From positions 32,001-96,000 of IMG/VR virus record IMGVR_UViG_3300045988_076196: DNA of 64,000 nt, one strand, 5' to 3'. Positions 34,638 to 44,382 of this stretch are shown one piece after another. Under the pieces are notes generated by a model. That model had not been told where the DNA came from. It searched no databases and worked only from the letters and a program-made list of their open reading frames with translations. Position 1 is the stretch's first letter; each line of letters starts with the position of its first letter. Made by a program: the position numbers and the translations under genes. This DNA comes from a virus.

Positions 34638-35007
34638 AAGTTCAAATTACTCGATACTCGTTGATGCTGAGTTAGACTTAAAACAAATCACACAAAAACT
34701 TAATTCACAGAAATATAAAATAGATGTAGAAGCTAATATGACTGGTGATGCGGCAGACAAACTAAGAAATACAAATTCTGCCACTCGGTCATTAGAGGAA
34801 TCTACAGTGGATCTTACTCTTACATATCAGCAATTTAGACAAGTACTTGATTCTGTTATTGATGTAACGAGTAAAATGTATGAGCAAGTCAAGGCGTTAG
34901 ACACAGCACAAACGGAGTTTAAGAAAGTCTCGGACTTGTCTGGTCAAGCACTTGATGATTATACAGATAAACTTGCTCAGATGGGCAAGACAGTTGGCCG
35001 CACCGGT
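34630..35007 (+). CDS. Tape measure protein, exon 1
   Basis: AGGGAG lies 8 nt before the ATG. The exon ends ...LAQMGKTVGRTG. The frame stops 16 codons into the insert. Confidence 0.75.
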
Positions 35008-35345
35008 AAACCAAATCGGTCTGAGCCGGTATGTACAAATGGTAAATGTGCATAGAGAACAGCCCCTAAACCCTTGAAAGCCTCAAGAGCCTTATCACTA
35101 CAACATGAGGATGAGATAAGCCTGAGTGTGATTATTAACAATGAATCAGCGCGAAAGCAGAAAGACGATAAGGATGATTCCATGGTTGAAAAACCTAAAG
35201 AATCTGTCTTAAATAATGTATGATATTTGAGACAAAAGGGCAGATTGGGCGCGAAGCCGTGATGAGCGGTGTGTCAATCGAATATACAGGGCGACCCTCC
35301 AATTATATAGGGTGAAGAAATATTCAGGAAGGGATTAAAAACCCC

Positions 35346-35374
35346 TTGACAAATTATCTAATATGTGCTATTGT
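35346..35374 (+). promoter_or_regulatory. Sigma70-type promoter inside the tape-measure intron
   Basis: TTGACA-AATTATCTAATATGTGC-TATTGT (N17, TGn). Confidence 0.55.
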
Positions 35375-35400
35375 ATAGATACTTAAAGGAGGTATCTATT

Positions 35401-35625
35401 ATGTTCTTATCTATCGTATTTGCAATTTTTGTTTGGCCTGCCATTGCCATTGCTGGGTTGATTGCATTAGGTAAAGAAATTGGGAGATTGTTTCATAACT
35501 CAAGCGATTCAACCAAGCCGACCACTATACAGTCACAACGTAATATTCATTATGAAACACCTAAAGAAGAAGAGCGACGTACTAATTATTGGGGCATGGA
35601 TGATGAAAGGTGGGGCAAATTGTAA
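35401..35625 (+). CDS. 74-aa membrane protein (intron cargo 1)
   Basis: AAGGAGGT lies 8 nt before the ATG. The TM segment is MFLSIVFAIFVWPAIAIAGLIALG, followed by a polar tail. Confidence 0.55.
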   Translation: MFLSIVFAIFVWPAIAIAGLIALGKEIGRLFHNSSDSTKPTTIQSQRNIHYETPKEEERRTNYWGMDDERWGKL

Positions 35626-35705
35626 TGAATAATCTAGCTACAGTGTTCATCATTGGATGGTTCGTTTACATCATCTTATTTACAATTAGTTGTGTGAGGA
35701 AGTAA
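35625..35705 (+). CDS. 26-aa membrane peptide (intron cargo 2)
   Basis: TAATG overlap with cargo 1. The translation is MNNLATVFIIGWFVYIILFTISCVRK. Confidence 0.4.
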   Translation: MNNLATVFIIGWFVYIILFTISCVRK

Positions 35706-35707
35706 TT

Positions 35708-35824
35708 ATGGAAGATGTATATATTGTAGCAATCATCGCAACGGTAATCGTATTTGCCATCCTTATTTATCTTTGTTCCATGAGTGGCTATACAACAAAG
35801 CGCAAAATCCAGATGATTATATAG
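35708..35824 (+). CDS. 38-aa membrane peptide (intron cargo 3)
   Basis: The ATG is 2 nt after the previous stop. The translation is MEDVYIVAIIATVIVFAILIYLCSMSGYTTKRKIQMII. Confidence 0.4.
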   Translation: MEDVYIVAIIATVIVFAILIYLCSMSGYTTKRKIQMII

Positions 35825-35920
35825 ATATTAATAGAAAGAAACGAGATAAGGATATAGCACAGGTCAAAGCCCAAGAAAAGTATGACAATGATTGGGGATA
35901 TATTAGATAATTTATAACCG

Positions 35921-38900
35921 TCAGAGATGGTTGAAGCCGCAACGGAATTTCGCAAGAATAGTTTTAATGATTCTGATTCGGCAACGCTAGCAAAAGTAGC
36001 GACAATGTTTACTAATGTAGCAGATGAATCTATGTCTGCTGCTGATAGCGCATCGTTTATTATAGCTCAGATGAAGGCATTCAATATAGAGGCTGATGAT
36101 GCTTATAGGATCATCGATTCTGTGAATGCTGTGTCAAATAATTATGCCGTTTCATCTGGGCAATTAGCACAAAATCTAGGTAATATGTCTGCTGCAATGG
36201 CAACAGGCAATAATACATTTGAACAGTCTCTTGGTATGCTCACGGCTATGACTGAAATCACGAGGAATGCACCCAAGGGTTCAAGAGCGCTTATTACTGT
36301 ACAGGGACGTCTGAATCAGGTTGTAGACGAATCCTCAGATACGGGTAAGGCGTTAACAGCATGGTATCAAGAACACGCCATCGCTATTAAAGATGATGAA
36401 GGTCAAGTTCGTAGTCTATATGAAGTATTGACTGATGTAGCAAAGATTTGGCCTAAATTAACCAAGAATGAGCAGATGTACTATCTGCAACAGCAAGCAG
36501 GAACCACACAAACACAGAATCTTGCTGCTCTTCTAAAAAATTATCAAACAGCTATTGATGCAACCAATACAGCGCTAGAATCCAATGGTTCTGCCATGAA
36601 AGAAAATGAAGCCTACATGGAATCAATTTCTGCGAAGGAACAGGCTCTTGCAGCTGAATTTGAGGATTTTGCAAATCGTGTTTTATCTAAAGAGTTGGTT
36701 GGTGGATTCTTGGATGCTGGTAAAGCTATGCTTGATTTTGCCAACAATGATGTTGGTGCGGCCATTACTAGGATCACTGGATTCTCTACTACTATTGCAA
36801 GCTTAGTTGGTATTGCAGGTACGGTTATTGGAAAACTAAGTGAGATGAGAACATTGTTCTCAGCGACAAATGCAGCTGGCGGATTAGCGTCTATTTTAAC
36901 CTCACCAAAGACATTACTTATTATTGCAGGAGTAGCAGCAGCTATTGCTGGAATAGTTGAAGTTGTACAAGCGTTAAATCAGGCAGCAGAAAATAGGAAA
37001 TTTGAAAATCTTGTAAAGAATTTTGAAGAACTTGATAAACAAGCCAAAGACGCTGCTGATAAGCTTGAAGACGTCAAAAAGCGACTTGATGAGTTAAATG
37101 ATACTCCTGCAAAAGATAGAGGTCAAGATTGGCAGAATGAAATAGACAAACTTGAGACATTAAAGCAATATTATGAATATATTGAACAAATGCTTCAAAA
37201 ACAAGCTGCCGCTGCTCAAGAAGCTGCTTATAACGCTCCTCGTACTGTTGGTGTATCTGTTGATAAGAAAGTTGTTGAAACAGACGAGTATAGTAATAAT
37301 TTTCAAACATATATAAAAGAAATCGGTCAATATAAGACTGAACAGGAAGCTGTATATGCTCTTGCTGCTCAAGAGAGTATATCTTTTACAAATGAGCAAA
37401 CAGAGGCGCTATCAAAGTTGTATGATGAGACAGAGATAGCCGCACAGGGTTATGCTTATTTGAAACAAAACCTAGAAGATATTGGCTATACGTTCTCCAA
37501 CAACATTCAGACTGCTTCTGAATATGCATTATCTCAAGGCTCTGCTATGAAGGGTTTGGCCGTACAGATTGAAGAAACTAAAAAATATAGCACAGAGCTT
37601 ACACAGGCACAACAAGAGCAATACGATGCTTACATAAAGAATAATCAAGGACAGTATGAGTATCTGTCAGGTCTTCATAATTTAACAACTGAGCAACAAG
37701 CGTTCGTTGATGGATATAAAGCCATGGTTGATGCCATGGGTGATTATTCAGTTAATGTCGAAAATGTAGCTAATGAAGTTGAAAATATATCTAATTCGTT
37801 TGCGTATTATAATGAAATTGTAACGAACTATCAGGATGCAATGAATGGTGTAACCGGAGCTTCTGAAGCATTCGTTCAATCTCTGTTTGACCAAAATGGA
37901 CAATTAACTACAACAGCTCAAACGGCGCTAACCACAGACAGTGCGATGGCGAGTTACGCTACTTCTATCATACAGGCGCAACAAGCACAGTCTCAGGCTA
38001 ACTTTAATAATCTTATTCAGCAGATTGCATCAGTTGGACAACAGGCCACAATAACTTCCGAACAAATTGCTAATATGATGGTGATGGCTGGTGTTCAAAT
38101 TGGTGCTGGTGGTAGCGCTGAGCTTTCTAGGAATCTACAACGTACATACGAAGCTAAAACTGGCAAGAAAGTATCGCAGGACAAAGCTGCGTACAAACAA
38201 TGGTTACAAGATACCGCCTACCAAATCGGTCAAAATCAATGGAAACGTCAGCAAGAGGAATATGCGAAACAGCTTGAAGCCATAAAAGATTATGTCCCAG
38301 CAGAAAAAGCCGCCGAAGAAGCAGAAAAGCAAGCTAAGAAAGCCCAAAAAGCGCAAGAAAAGGCGGCTAATGAATCTCAGTCGGCATATGAATCAGCCGC
38401 AAAATCAGCAGAGCAAGCCGCGCAAGAAGCAGCTCGTGCCGCTGAACAAGCCGCAAAATCAGCAGAGCAAGACGCGCAAGAAGCAGCTCGTGCCGCTGAA
38501 CAAGCCGCTGAGGAAGCCAAGCAGAAAATTCTTGATTCTATCCAAGAACTAAAAGACGCATCTGATGATTTCTGGGATAGCAAAACAGACGCTGTTGAAG
38601 AAACCAACAAAGAGCTAGACCGCCAAAAGCAACTTGAAGAAAAGCTCAAAGCGCTAGAAGAAGCCAAACAAAAGAAAATCCTACTCTATAAGAACGGCCA
38701 GTTCCAATATGACAAGGATTATGGGACGATTGCTAAAGCTCAAGCTGATTATGAAGAAACCCGCGACAAGATTCAGCGCGAACGTGAGCTAGAGCAGCTT
38801 CAAGAGATGAAGGATAACGCCACTAAGATATTCAATGAAATGAAGGATATTGTTCAGAATGGCGGCAATGTCACTCAAGAGATGATTAACAGTTGGCTTT

Positions 38901-40999
38901 CTCAGATGCAAGCCGATGGGGCTGATTATTATGATAGCAACAAGAAAATGCTTGGTGAATGGCTGGATTGGGCTAAGGGTGCTATCAATGAAATTAGCAA
39001 CCAAGTAGCATCTGCTACTGGAGGTAGCGGAGGCGCTAGTGGTGGTTATGGTTCCGGTAGTGGCAGTGTTTCTGGACAATGGAGTCATCAAGACGAAACA
39101 AATCCATATGTTGCTTTTGGACAAGATACAATCCAAGAGATGCTTGAATGGATAAAAAAGATAGATAAATATCAAGACGATGAAGAGTTTATGAATGAGA
39201 TAATACGAAGAGCTGCTAGTGCTGGATATATTATTCCATCTAATGCAGGACTTCGTGGCAATCTAAAAATGAATCTTCTTGAAGCTCTTCAAAAAATTCT
39301 AGCGCCATATCAAAATCTAATTGAAACTAACACATCCAGCCCGTATGTTTATGCATGGAAGGGTTTATTTAAGGGTGAACTTCAGAGAGGTACTGACCTA
39401 GGTAGCAACACTGTATTTGCAGGATATCAGAACAAACTTTTGTCTGGCGCTATCGATGACCCATATGAAGAGCAGGAATATTATCAACGCAATCAAGCCA
39501 TAAAAGCTCTATACAATGAATACAAGAAAATAACAGACCAGCTTGGCTATATTCCAGATTATCTGAAAGATTTTATGGATATGGGGTCACAAATGCTCAA
39601 CAATGTTGACCTTGTTGCTAGAAAAATGGCTGATAATTACGATAATTTGTCTGCTAGTGGTAAAAGCCTGTTGGATTCTCTCATATCTGGCGAAGAGGAC
39701 TATGAGGCGGCTAATAAGATGCGCATTGCATATCTAGCCGAGAATTATAGTCCAGAGCGTCTTAGATATATGAATCTAGTCCGGGTGGCTGGTTCTTCCA
39801 GAAATGCAATGCAGTTGATGAATCAACGCACAGAGGAAGATAAAGCCCGTGATGAGGCACTGTATGGCGATTGGCTAAATGAGCTACGAGATAAGATAGA
39901 CAAAGCTGGCGGTGTTGTAACAGATGAGATTTACAAGTGGTATCTAAAAACAGCTGGTGGAGCATTAGGTGCTTATGGAACTGGCGACGCTCAGCTATAT
40001 ACAGATGTGTTTGCTGGTGGCGGCAAATATTTATATCGTGATCAAGAAGAGCTAGAGAGGCTTGGTTATCATGGATTCTTAGGTAATTTTGGCAACATCA
40101 GCGAAGGCGGGTTGTCTGATGTAACTAAGAATCTTGTTAAGAGCAAAATCCTAACGTCTACCACAGAAACAAACATTGATAAGCAAAAAGAGCAGATAAC
40201 TCAGAATAATATCAAAGGCATTAAAGATACTCTTGAGAAATATCAAGAGGGATATGGCGCAACTCAACACTGGATTGATGATGCAACCAAATACATCACT
40301 GATACTCTGAATAAAAACAACGAGGCGTTGTTGACAGCTGATGCAGAAACAAGAAAATCTTTACTTGCTCAAAATGAAGAGCTTGTGGGTATTCGTGATT
40401 CTCTTAGTGGTGTTGAGGCTGATGAAGATATTAACAAATTACCCGGCTCAACAACTGCTTACAATGATTGGGAGTTCAAGATTGATAACCCAACAGATGA
40501 AGAACTTGCGGCAAAAGCAGAACAACGTGCGCAAAAGTTGGCAGAACAAATGGCGGCAAATTCAGAGGCATGGTGGAACGCTAGTTCTAAAGCAGAGCAA
40601 GACGCTTTACACAAAGCAAACGAGGAGCTTGCTAAGAAAATCAATGATTTGACTGGTAGTAATTTGACATATGAGGGGTCGACTGGCACATGGTCAAAGA
40701 ACGCCTCTGGTACTCATAATTTCCGTGGTGGTCTATCCTTAGTTGGTGAGCGTGGCCCAGAGCTTAGAGTTCTTGGGCAAGGTGATAGTATCATTCCAGC
40801 TTATCAAACGGCAAACCTATGGAAATGGAGCGGTACAACACCTGAGAGTATGCTCAAAACGCTTGAATTGAGAAAAGGCGATGGGCGAAATTCTTACGTA
40901 TTCAATGTGTCTAAGCTCGAATTACCAAATGTTAACAATGCAAAGGAATTTGTGGCTGGACTAAAGAATTATGCGCTACAGTATAGTTATAAACGTTAA
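35921..40999 (+). CDS. Tape measure protein, exon 2
   Basis: The frame is open from 35918 with no SD. SEMVEAATEFRKNSF...AQMKAFNI... is the typical tape-measure core. It has long coiled-coil regions, Gly-rich and TM-like segments, and about 1690 codons. Confidence 0.9.
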   Translation, partial: SEMVEAATEFRKNSFNDSDSATLAKVATMFTNVADESMSAADSASFIIAQMKAFNIEADDAYRIIDSVNAVSNNYAVSSGQLAQNLGNMSAAMATGNNTFEQSLGMLTAMTEITRNAPKGSRALITVQGRLNQVVDESSDTGKALTAWYQEHAIAIKDDEGQVRSLYEVLTDVAKIWPKLTKNEQMYYLQQQAGTTQTQNLAALLKNYQTAIDATNTALESNGSAMKENEAYMESISAKEQALAAEFEDFANRVLSKELVGGFLDAGKAMLDFANNDVGAAITRITGFSTTIASLVGIAGTVIGKLSEMRTLFSATNAAGGLASILTSPKTLLIIAGVAAAIAGIVEVVQALNQAAENRKFENLVKNFEELDKQAKDAADKLEDVKKRLDELNDTPAKDRGQDWQNEIDKLETLKQYYEYIEQMLQKQAAAAQEAAYNAPRTVGVSVDKKVVETDEYSNNFQTYIKEIGQYKTEQEAVYALAAQESISFTNEQTEALSKLYDETEIAAQGYAYLKQNLEDIGYTFSNNIQTASEYALSQGSAMKGLAVQIEETKKYSTELTQAQQEQYDAYIKNNQGQYEYLSGLHNLTTEQQAFVDGYKAMVDAMGDYSVNVENVANEVENISNSFAYYNEIVTNYQDAMNGVTGASEAFVQSLFDQNGQLTTTAQTALTTDSAMASYATSIIQAQQAQSQANFNNLIQQIASVGQQATITSEQIANMMVMAGVQIGAGGSAELSRNLQRTYEAKTGKKVSQDKAAYKQWLQDTAYQIGQNQWKRQQEEYAKQLEAIKDYVPAEKAAEEAEKQAKKAQKAQEKAANESQSAYESAAKSAEQAAQEAARAAEQAAKSAEQDAQEAARAAEQAAEEAKQKILDSIQELKDASDDFWDSKTDAVEETNKELDRQKQLEEKLKALEEAKQKKILLYKNGQFQYDKDYGTIAKAQADYEETRDKIQRERELEQLQEMKDNATKIFNEMKDIVQNGGNVTQEMINSWLSQMQADGADYYDSNKKMLGEWLDWAKGAINEISNQVASATGGSGGASGGYGSGSGSVSGQWSHQDETNPYVAFGQDTIQEMLEWIKKIDKYQDDEEFMNEIIRRAASAGYIIPSNAGLRGNLKMNLLEALQKILAPYQNLIETNTSSPYVYAWKGLFKGELQRGTDLGSNTVFAGYQNKLLSGAIDDPYEEQEYYQRNQAIKALYNEYKKITDQLGYIPDYLKDFMDMGSQMLNNVDLVARKMADNYDNLSASGKSLLDSLISGEEDYEAANKMRIAYLAENYSPERLRYMNLVRVAGSSRNAMQLMNQRTEEDKARDEALYGDWLNELRDKIDKAGGVVTDEIYKWYLKTAGGALGAYGTGDAQLYTDVFAGGGKYLYRDQEELERLGYHGFLGNFGNISEGGLSDVTKNLVKSKILTSTTETNIDKQKEQITQNNIKGIKDTLEKYQEGYGATQHWIDDATKYITDTLNKNNEALLTADAETRKSLLAQNEELVGIRDSLSGVEADEDINKLPGSTTAYNDWEFKIDNPTDEELAAKAEQRAQKLAEQMAANSEAWWNASSKAEQDALHKANEELAKKINDLTGSNLTYEGSTGTWSKNASGTHNFRGGLSLVGERGPELRVLGQGDSIIPAYQTANLWKWSGTTPESMLKTLELRKGDGRNSYVFNVSKLELPNVNNAKEFVAGLKNYALQYSYKR
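38396..38503 (+). repeat. Tandem 54-nt (18-aa) repeat x2 inside the tape measure gene
   Basis: 38396-38449 and 38450-38503 differ at 1 nt (AAKSAEQAAQEAARAAEQ versus AAKSAEQDAQEAARAAEQ). Confidence 0.85.
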
Positions 41000-41012
41000 A
41001 TTTTAATCAAAT

Positions 41013-41038
41013 TGGGAGGGTAGGTGACTGCCCTCCTA
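41013..41038 (+). terminator. Hairpin after the tape measure gene (weak U-tract)
   Basis: GGAGGGTA-GGTGAC-TGCCCTCC, then TATATATCTAT. Confidence 0.45.
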
Positions 41039-41064
41039 TATATCTATATGGAGGAAAATATAGA

Positions 41065-41646
41065 TTGGATAAGAAGGAAAAATCCCCAGAACAGGAGCTA
41101 GTGGAATCTATCGGCTTGATGGTTGATAATGGCATGTCTAGTTCTACTAAGATATATTCTGGGATTGTAAAAAATAGCGATGGTAAAACGGCGCAAGTTA
41201 CAATGAACGGGCAAGACCAAAATGTAGCTGTGTCTCCATCTGATTTAGGCATTGGCTCGATTGCGCGTGTGTTTGTACCGGGTGGCAATATGTCTAACGC
41301 ATTCATATTAGGCTCTGTATCTGGTGGTGGTGATACTCCAACACCAACTAAAAAGAATGATGGTGTTGCTGGGAGCTATCAAGGCAATGGGGAAACGTCA
41401 AAATCTTTAACGTTTGAATTTGAGCCTAGATTTTTGATTGTTATGGGCGTAGCTACAAGTGGTTCTTCTGCTACACTTGATGAAATTGGTTTTATGGTGA
41501 AAGATTGCCCGTTTGCATATATCGTTACATCATATTCAACCGATCGTTATACATCTGTTACATGGGGTTCAAATTCTGTCAGTTGGTTTAATAGTAGTAA
41601 ATTTCTAAATGGTAGTTATGCAAAATACTATTATTTTGCAATTTAA
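41065..41646 (+). CDS. Tail-tip or baseplate protein with an OB-fold spike-like N-terminus
   Basis: TTG start after GGAGGA. The segment GIVKNSDGKTAQVTMNGQDQNVAV...GSIARVFVPGGNMSNAFILG resembles gpV-type spike N-domains. Confidence 0.4.
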   Translation: MDKKEKSPEQELVESIGLMVDNGMSSSTKIYSGIVKNSDGKTAQVTMNGQDQNVAVSPSDLGIGSIARVFVPGGNMSNAFILGSVSGGGDTPTPTKKNDGVAGSYQGNGETSKSLTFEFEPRFLIVMGVATSGSSATLDEIGFMVKDCPFAYIVTSYSTDRYTSVTWGSNSVSWFNSSKFLNGSYAKYYYFAI

Positions 41647-41661
41647 TATAGAGGTGATATT

Positions 41662-42324
41662 ATGACAGCAAATCAATACAAATCAATGGCTGAACTACGT
41701 AGGGCTTTACAGTTATTTGCGGCGACATTATACGATAAAGAAGAGACAGCCGTTGAACTTGCCACCCTATATCCTGTATGGGCGGCAGATAAGCAATATA
41801 AGGCTAATGACATTATCTCATATGGAACAAATAGCGTAGGCGACCCACAGCTATATCTAGTGCTACAGGCGCACAAGTCACAATCCGATTGGCTACCTGA
41901 TGCAACTGCAAGCCTATATAAAAAGATGGGTATTAGTGAAAGCGGCTATCCCATTTGGACACAGCCCCTATGCGCTGTAGACGCTTATAATCTTGGTGAC
42001 ATTGTAAGCTATAATGGCAAGTTGTATAAATCCATTATCAATGCTAATGTATGGGCACCAGATGCATATCCTGCCGGATGGGAAGAATATACTGAATCAA
42101 CAAGCGGAGGCGATTCAGGAGAAACAGGTGGTAGTGGGACTACAGAACCAGAAACGCCCCCAACCGAAACAATCCCAGATTTTGTACAGCCAACCGGCGC
42201 ACATGACGCATATAAGAAGGGCGATAAAGTGAGATTCGAGGGAAAAATCTATGAGAGCCTAATTGATGCTAATACATATAGTCCATCTGCTTATCCTGAT
42301 GGTTGGAAGGAAATAACAAAATAA
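41662..42324 (+). CDS. Protein with three CBM5/12-like carbohydrate-binding repeats
   Basis: Repeats of the form Y..GD.V.Y.GK.Y..........P.AYP.GW.E. It is a paralogue of the gene at 55395. Confidence 0.5.
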   Translation: MTANQYKSMAELRRALQLFAATLYDKEETAVELATLYPVWAADKQYKANDIISYGTNSVGDPQLYLVLQAHKSQSDWLPDATASLYKKMGISESGYPIWTQPLCAVDAYNLGDIVSYNGKLYKSIINANVWAPDAYPAGWEEYTESTSGGDSGETGGSGTTEPETPPTETIPDFVQPTGAHDAYKKGDKVRFEGKIYESLIDANTYSPSAYPDGWKEITK

Positions 42325-42349
42325 AATTTAATAAATAAGAGGTGATATA

Positions 42350-43474
42350 ATGGCACTAACAACTCCTATTTTATATACTCAAGTGGCATTTGATGCCTCT
42401 AAAGATCAAACATTCAGATTTAATGTAATAGGTGGCGACCAAGTGACAGGGTCGACTATTGTCATTAAAGATAATGCGACTCTATCTCAGGTATATACGA
42501 CCACTGTAACAAGCTATGCTTATAGTATCACTGTGCCAGCTGGCTCATTGACAAATGGCAAGTATTATCAAGCATATGTCACAACACATAACGCGGCAGG
42601 CGAAACATCAGAGCCGTCTAATACCATTCAATTCTATTGTTATACAAGTCCATCATTTGAATTTAGCAATTTACCAAGTACACACATTCTAAATAATGCA
42701 TCTTATATATTTAGTGTTACATATAATCAAGAGCAGAAAGAGCCGTTGAACGCATATAAATTTGACCTATATGATAATACTGGCATTTTGCTGTCTACAT
42801 CCAGCACTAAATATACGAGTACAACATCTGTGCCAATTACGGTGTCTTGGGCATTTAGTGGATTTGAAGATAAGACGGTATACAAGATTCAATGCACAGG
42901 CACAACTTCAGAAGGTACGCTTGTTGACACTGGGTTAATTACTATTACAATTCAATATTCTGGTGTTCGTAACTATAGTAATTTATATCTTACAAACAAC
43001 TGTAACGATGGTAATATAACTATTGAATCTAATGTATTGGCGATTGACGGTGAAGCGAATCCGGCTAATCCAACATATATTGATAGTAAAGAAATTGACC
43101 TTAGAGCAAATGGCTCATATGTCAAATGGCAACAAGGATATCAATTACCAAACGATTATACAATGCGTATATGGGGACGCGCTTTTAACGCAAATACAGA
43201 GGTAAGTGGCGACCCAAATAATCTACTGGAACTAATGAATGCAAATGGCGATATTGTATATGTGTCATATTGGGAAGATACGACGAATGCATGGTATGAG
43301 ATGAAAGTAAAGGATGTTGGCTCAACATGGGCATATGTGATTAAATCTACAACAATTCCTAAAACAACAGATAACGACTATATATTCATGTGGCTGAGAT
43401 GTGATGGTGGACTGTATGATCTAAAAATTGAGAATCTTGGCGCAAATTGGAACGAGGAGGCGGCTGGCACATGA
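42350..43474 (+). CDS. Tail structural protein with Ig/FN3-like repeats
   Basis: ORF track, with GAGGTGA upstream. It shows beta-rich repeats of the form Y.F.V. Confidence 0.5.
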   Translation: MALTTPILYTQVAFDASKDQTFRFNVIGGDQVTGSTIVIKDNATLSQVYTTTVTSYAYSITVPAGSLTNGKYYQAYVTTHNAAGETSEPSNTIQFYCYTSPSFEFSNLPSTHILNNASYIFSVTYNQEQKEPLNAYKFDLYDNTGILLSTSSTKYTSTTSVPITVSWAFSGFEDKTVYKIQCTGTTSEGTLVDTGLITITIQYSGVRNYSNLYLTNNCNDGNITIESNVLAIDGEANPANPTYIDSKEIDLRANGSYVKWQQGYQLPNDYTMRIWGRAFNANTEVSGDPNNLLELMNANGDIVYVSYWEDTTNAWYEMKVKDVGSTWAYVIKSTTIPKTTDNDYIFMWLRCDGGLYDLKIENLGANWNEEAAGT

Positions 43475-44379
43475 TTGGATTACTAGGATATAATTTTTGT
43501 TTAGACGGTAATTGCGTTGACCCCATGCCGACTTCTGCAAATAAGATTACGTCAACCACATTAAAAAATGGCGTGTTTTCTCATATGAATGCAAGTTCAG
43601 ATGTGAGTGGAGAATATAACAATACAGTTCCAACGTCATGGGATTTCAATACTATCATGGATTGTAATTTCAATGAGAATGTCGGCGCTGGTAACTTAGG
43701 TGAAATTACTAAGAATATCACATCTGTGCGTATCAAGCGGCGAGAAAAAGGCACATTCGACTGGATTACTATAAAAGAAATTCAAATCAATACGATTGAA
43801 GATTTCTCATTTATTTTTACTGACAATATAGCCTCTAATTACACGCAATATGAATATGCATATGTGCCAGTTATTCAGCAAACAGAAGGTGCATATACAG
43901 TAGATGAAATTTACTCCAGATTTAACGGTGTCTTCTTATGCGATCTTGACACTATATATAAATTCTATGCGGACATTGAATATGGAGCAACGAATAGAGT
44001 ACAGAAAATCGGCACATATGAGCCGTTTGGTAGAAAGTATCCTGTCATGATAAGCAATGGATTGCTTGACTATGACCAAGGAACGGTGAGCGCCCTAATT
44101 ATTCCTAAGAATTTTACTGAGACAAATGTAATTGATAGACAGGCTGTTACAAAGGAACGCAATGCGTTGTTTAAGTGGCTGACTAATAAAAAGCCAAAAA
44201 TGTTGAAGGACTGGAATGGCGGAGAGTGGATTCTTTGTATCGTAGGTAATCCACAGACTGACTATGAAACCAATTATGGCATGGGTATTCAGCGCATGAC
44301 AGCAGACTGGACGCAAACAGGCGACCCTAAAGAAAAGGCTGACTTGTATGCAAATGGGCTAATCCCACGGGAGGATTAA
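43471..44379 (+). CDS. Putative distal tail protein
   Basis: ATGA overlap with GGAGGAGG upstream. Called on position after the tape measure module. Confidence 0.4.
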   Translation: MIGLLGYNFCLDGNCVDPMPTSANKITSTTLKNGVFSHMNASSDVSGEYNNTVPTSWDFNTIMDCNFNENVGAGNLGEITKNITSVRIKRREKGTFDWITIKEIQINTIEDFSFIFTDNIASNYTQYEYAYVPVIQQTEGAYTVDEIYSRFNGVFLCDLDTIYKFYADIEYGATNRVQKIGTYEPFGRKYPVMISNGLLDYDQGTVSALIIPKNFTETNVIDRQAVTKERNALFKWLTNKKPKMLKDWNGGEWILCIVGNPQTDYETNYGMGIQRMTADWTQTGDPKEKADLYANGLIPRED

Positions 44380-44382
44380 CAC

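Larger units (their letters stand above)
35008..35920 (+). mobile_element. Group I-like intron carrying a promoter and three micro-ORFs instead of an endonuclease
   Basis: A contiguous internal guide UCUGA|GCCGGU (35020-35030) pairs with the 3' exon UCAGA (35921-35925) and the 5' exon ACCGGU (35002-35007), placing a G.U pair at the splice site. The insert ends in G. CCCTAAA is at 35064-35070. Confidence 0.75.

Noticed and set aside
38292-38667. Alternative-frame and antisense ORFs (38292-38552 +, 38377-38667 -) within the tape measure gene
   Set aside because: They are low-complexity products (K/P/Q-rich or A/S-rich) generated by the Ala/Glu/Lys coiled-coil repeat. They have no SD.
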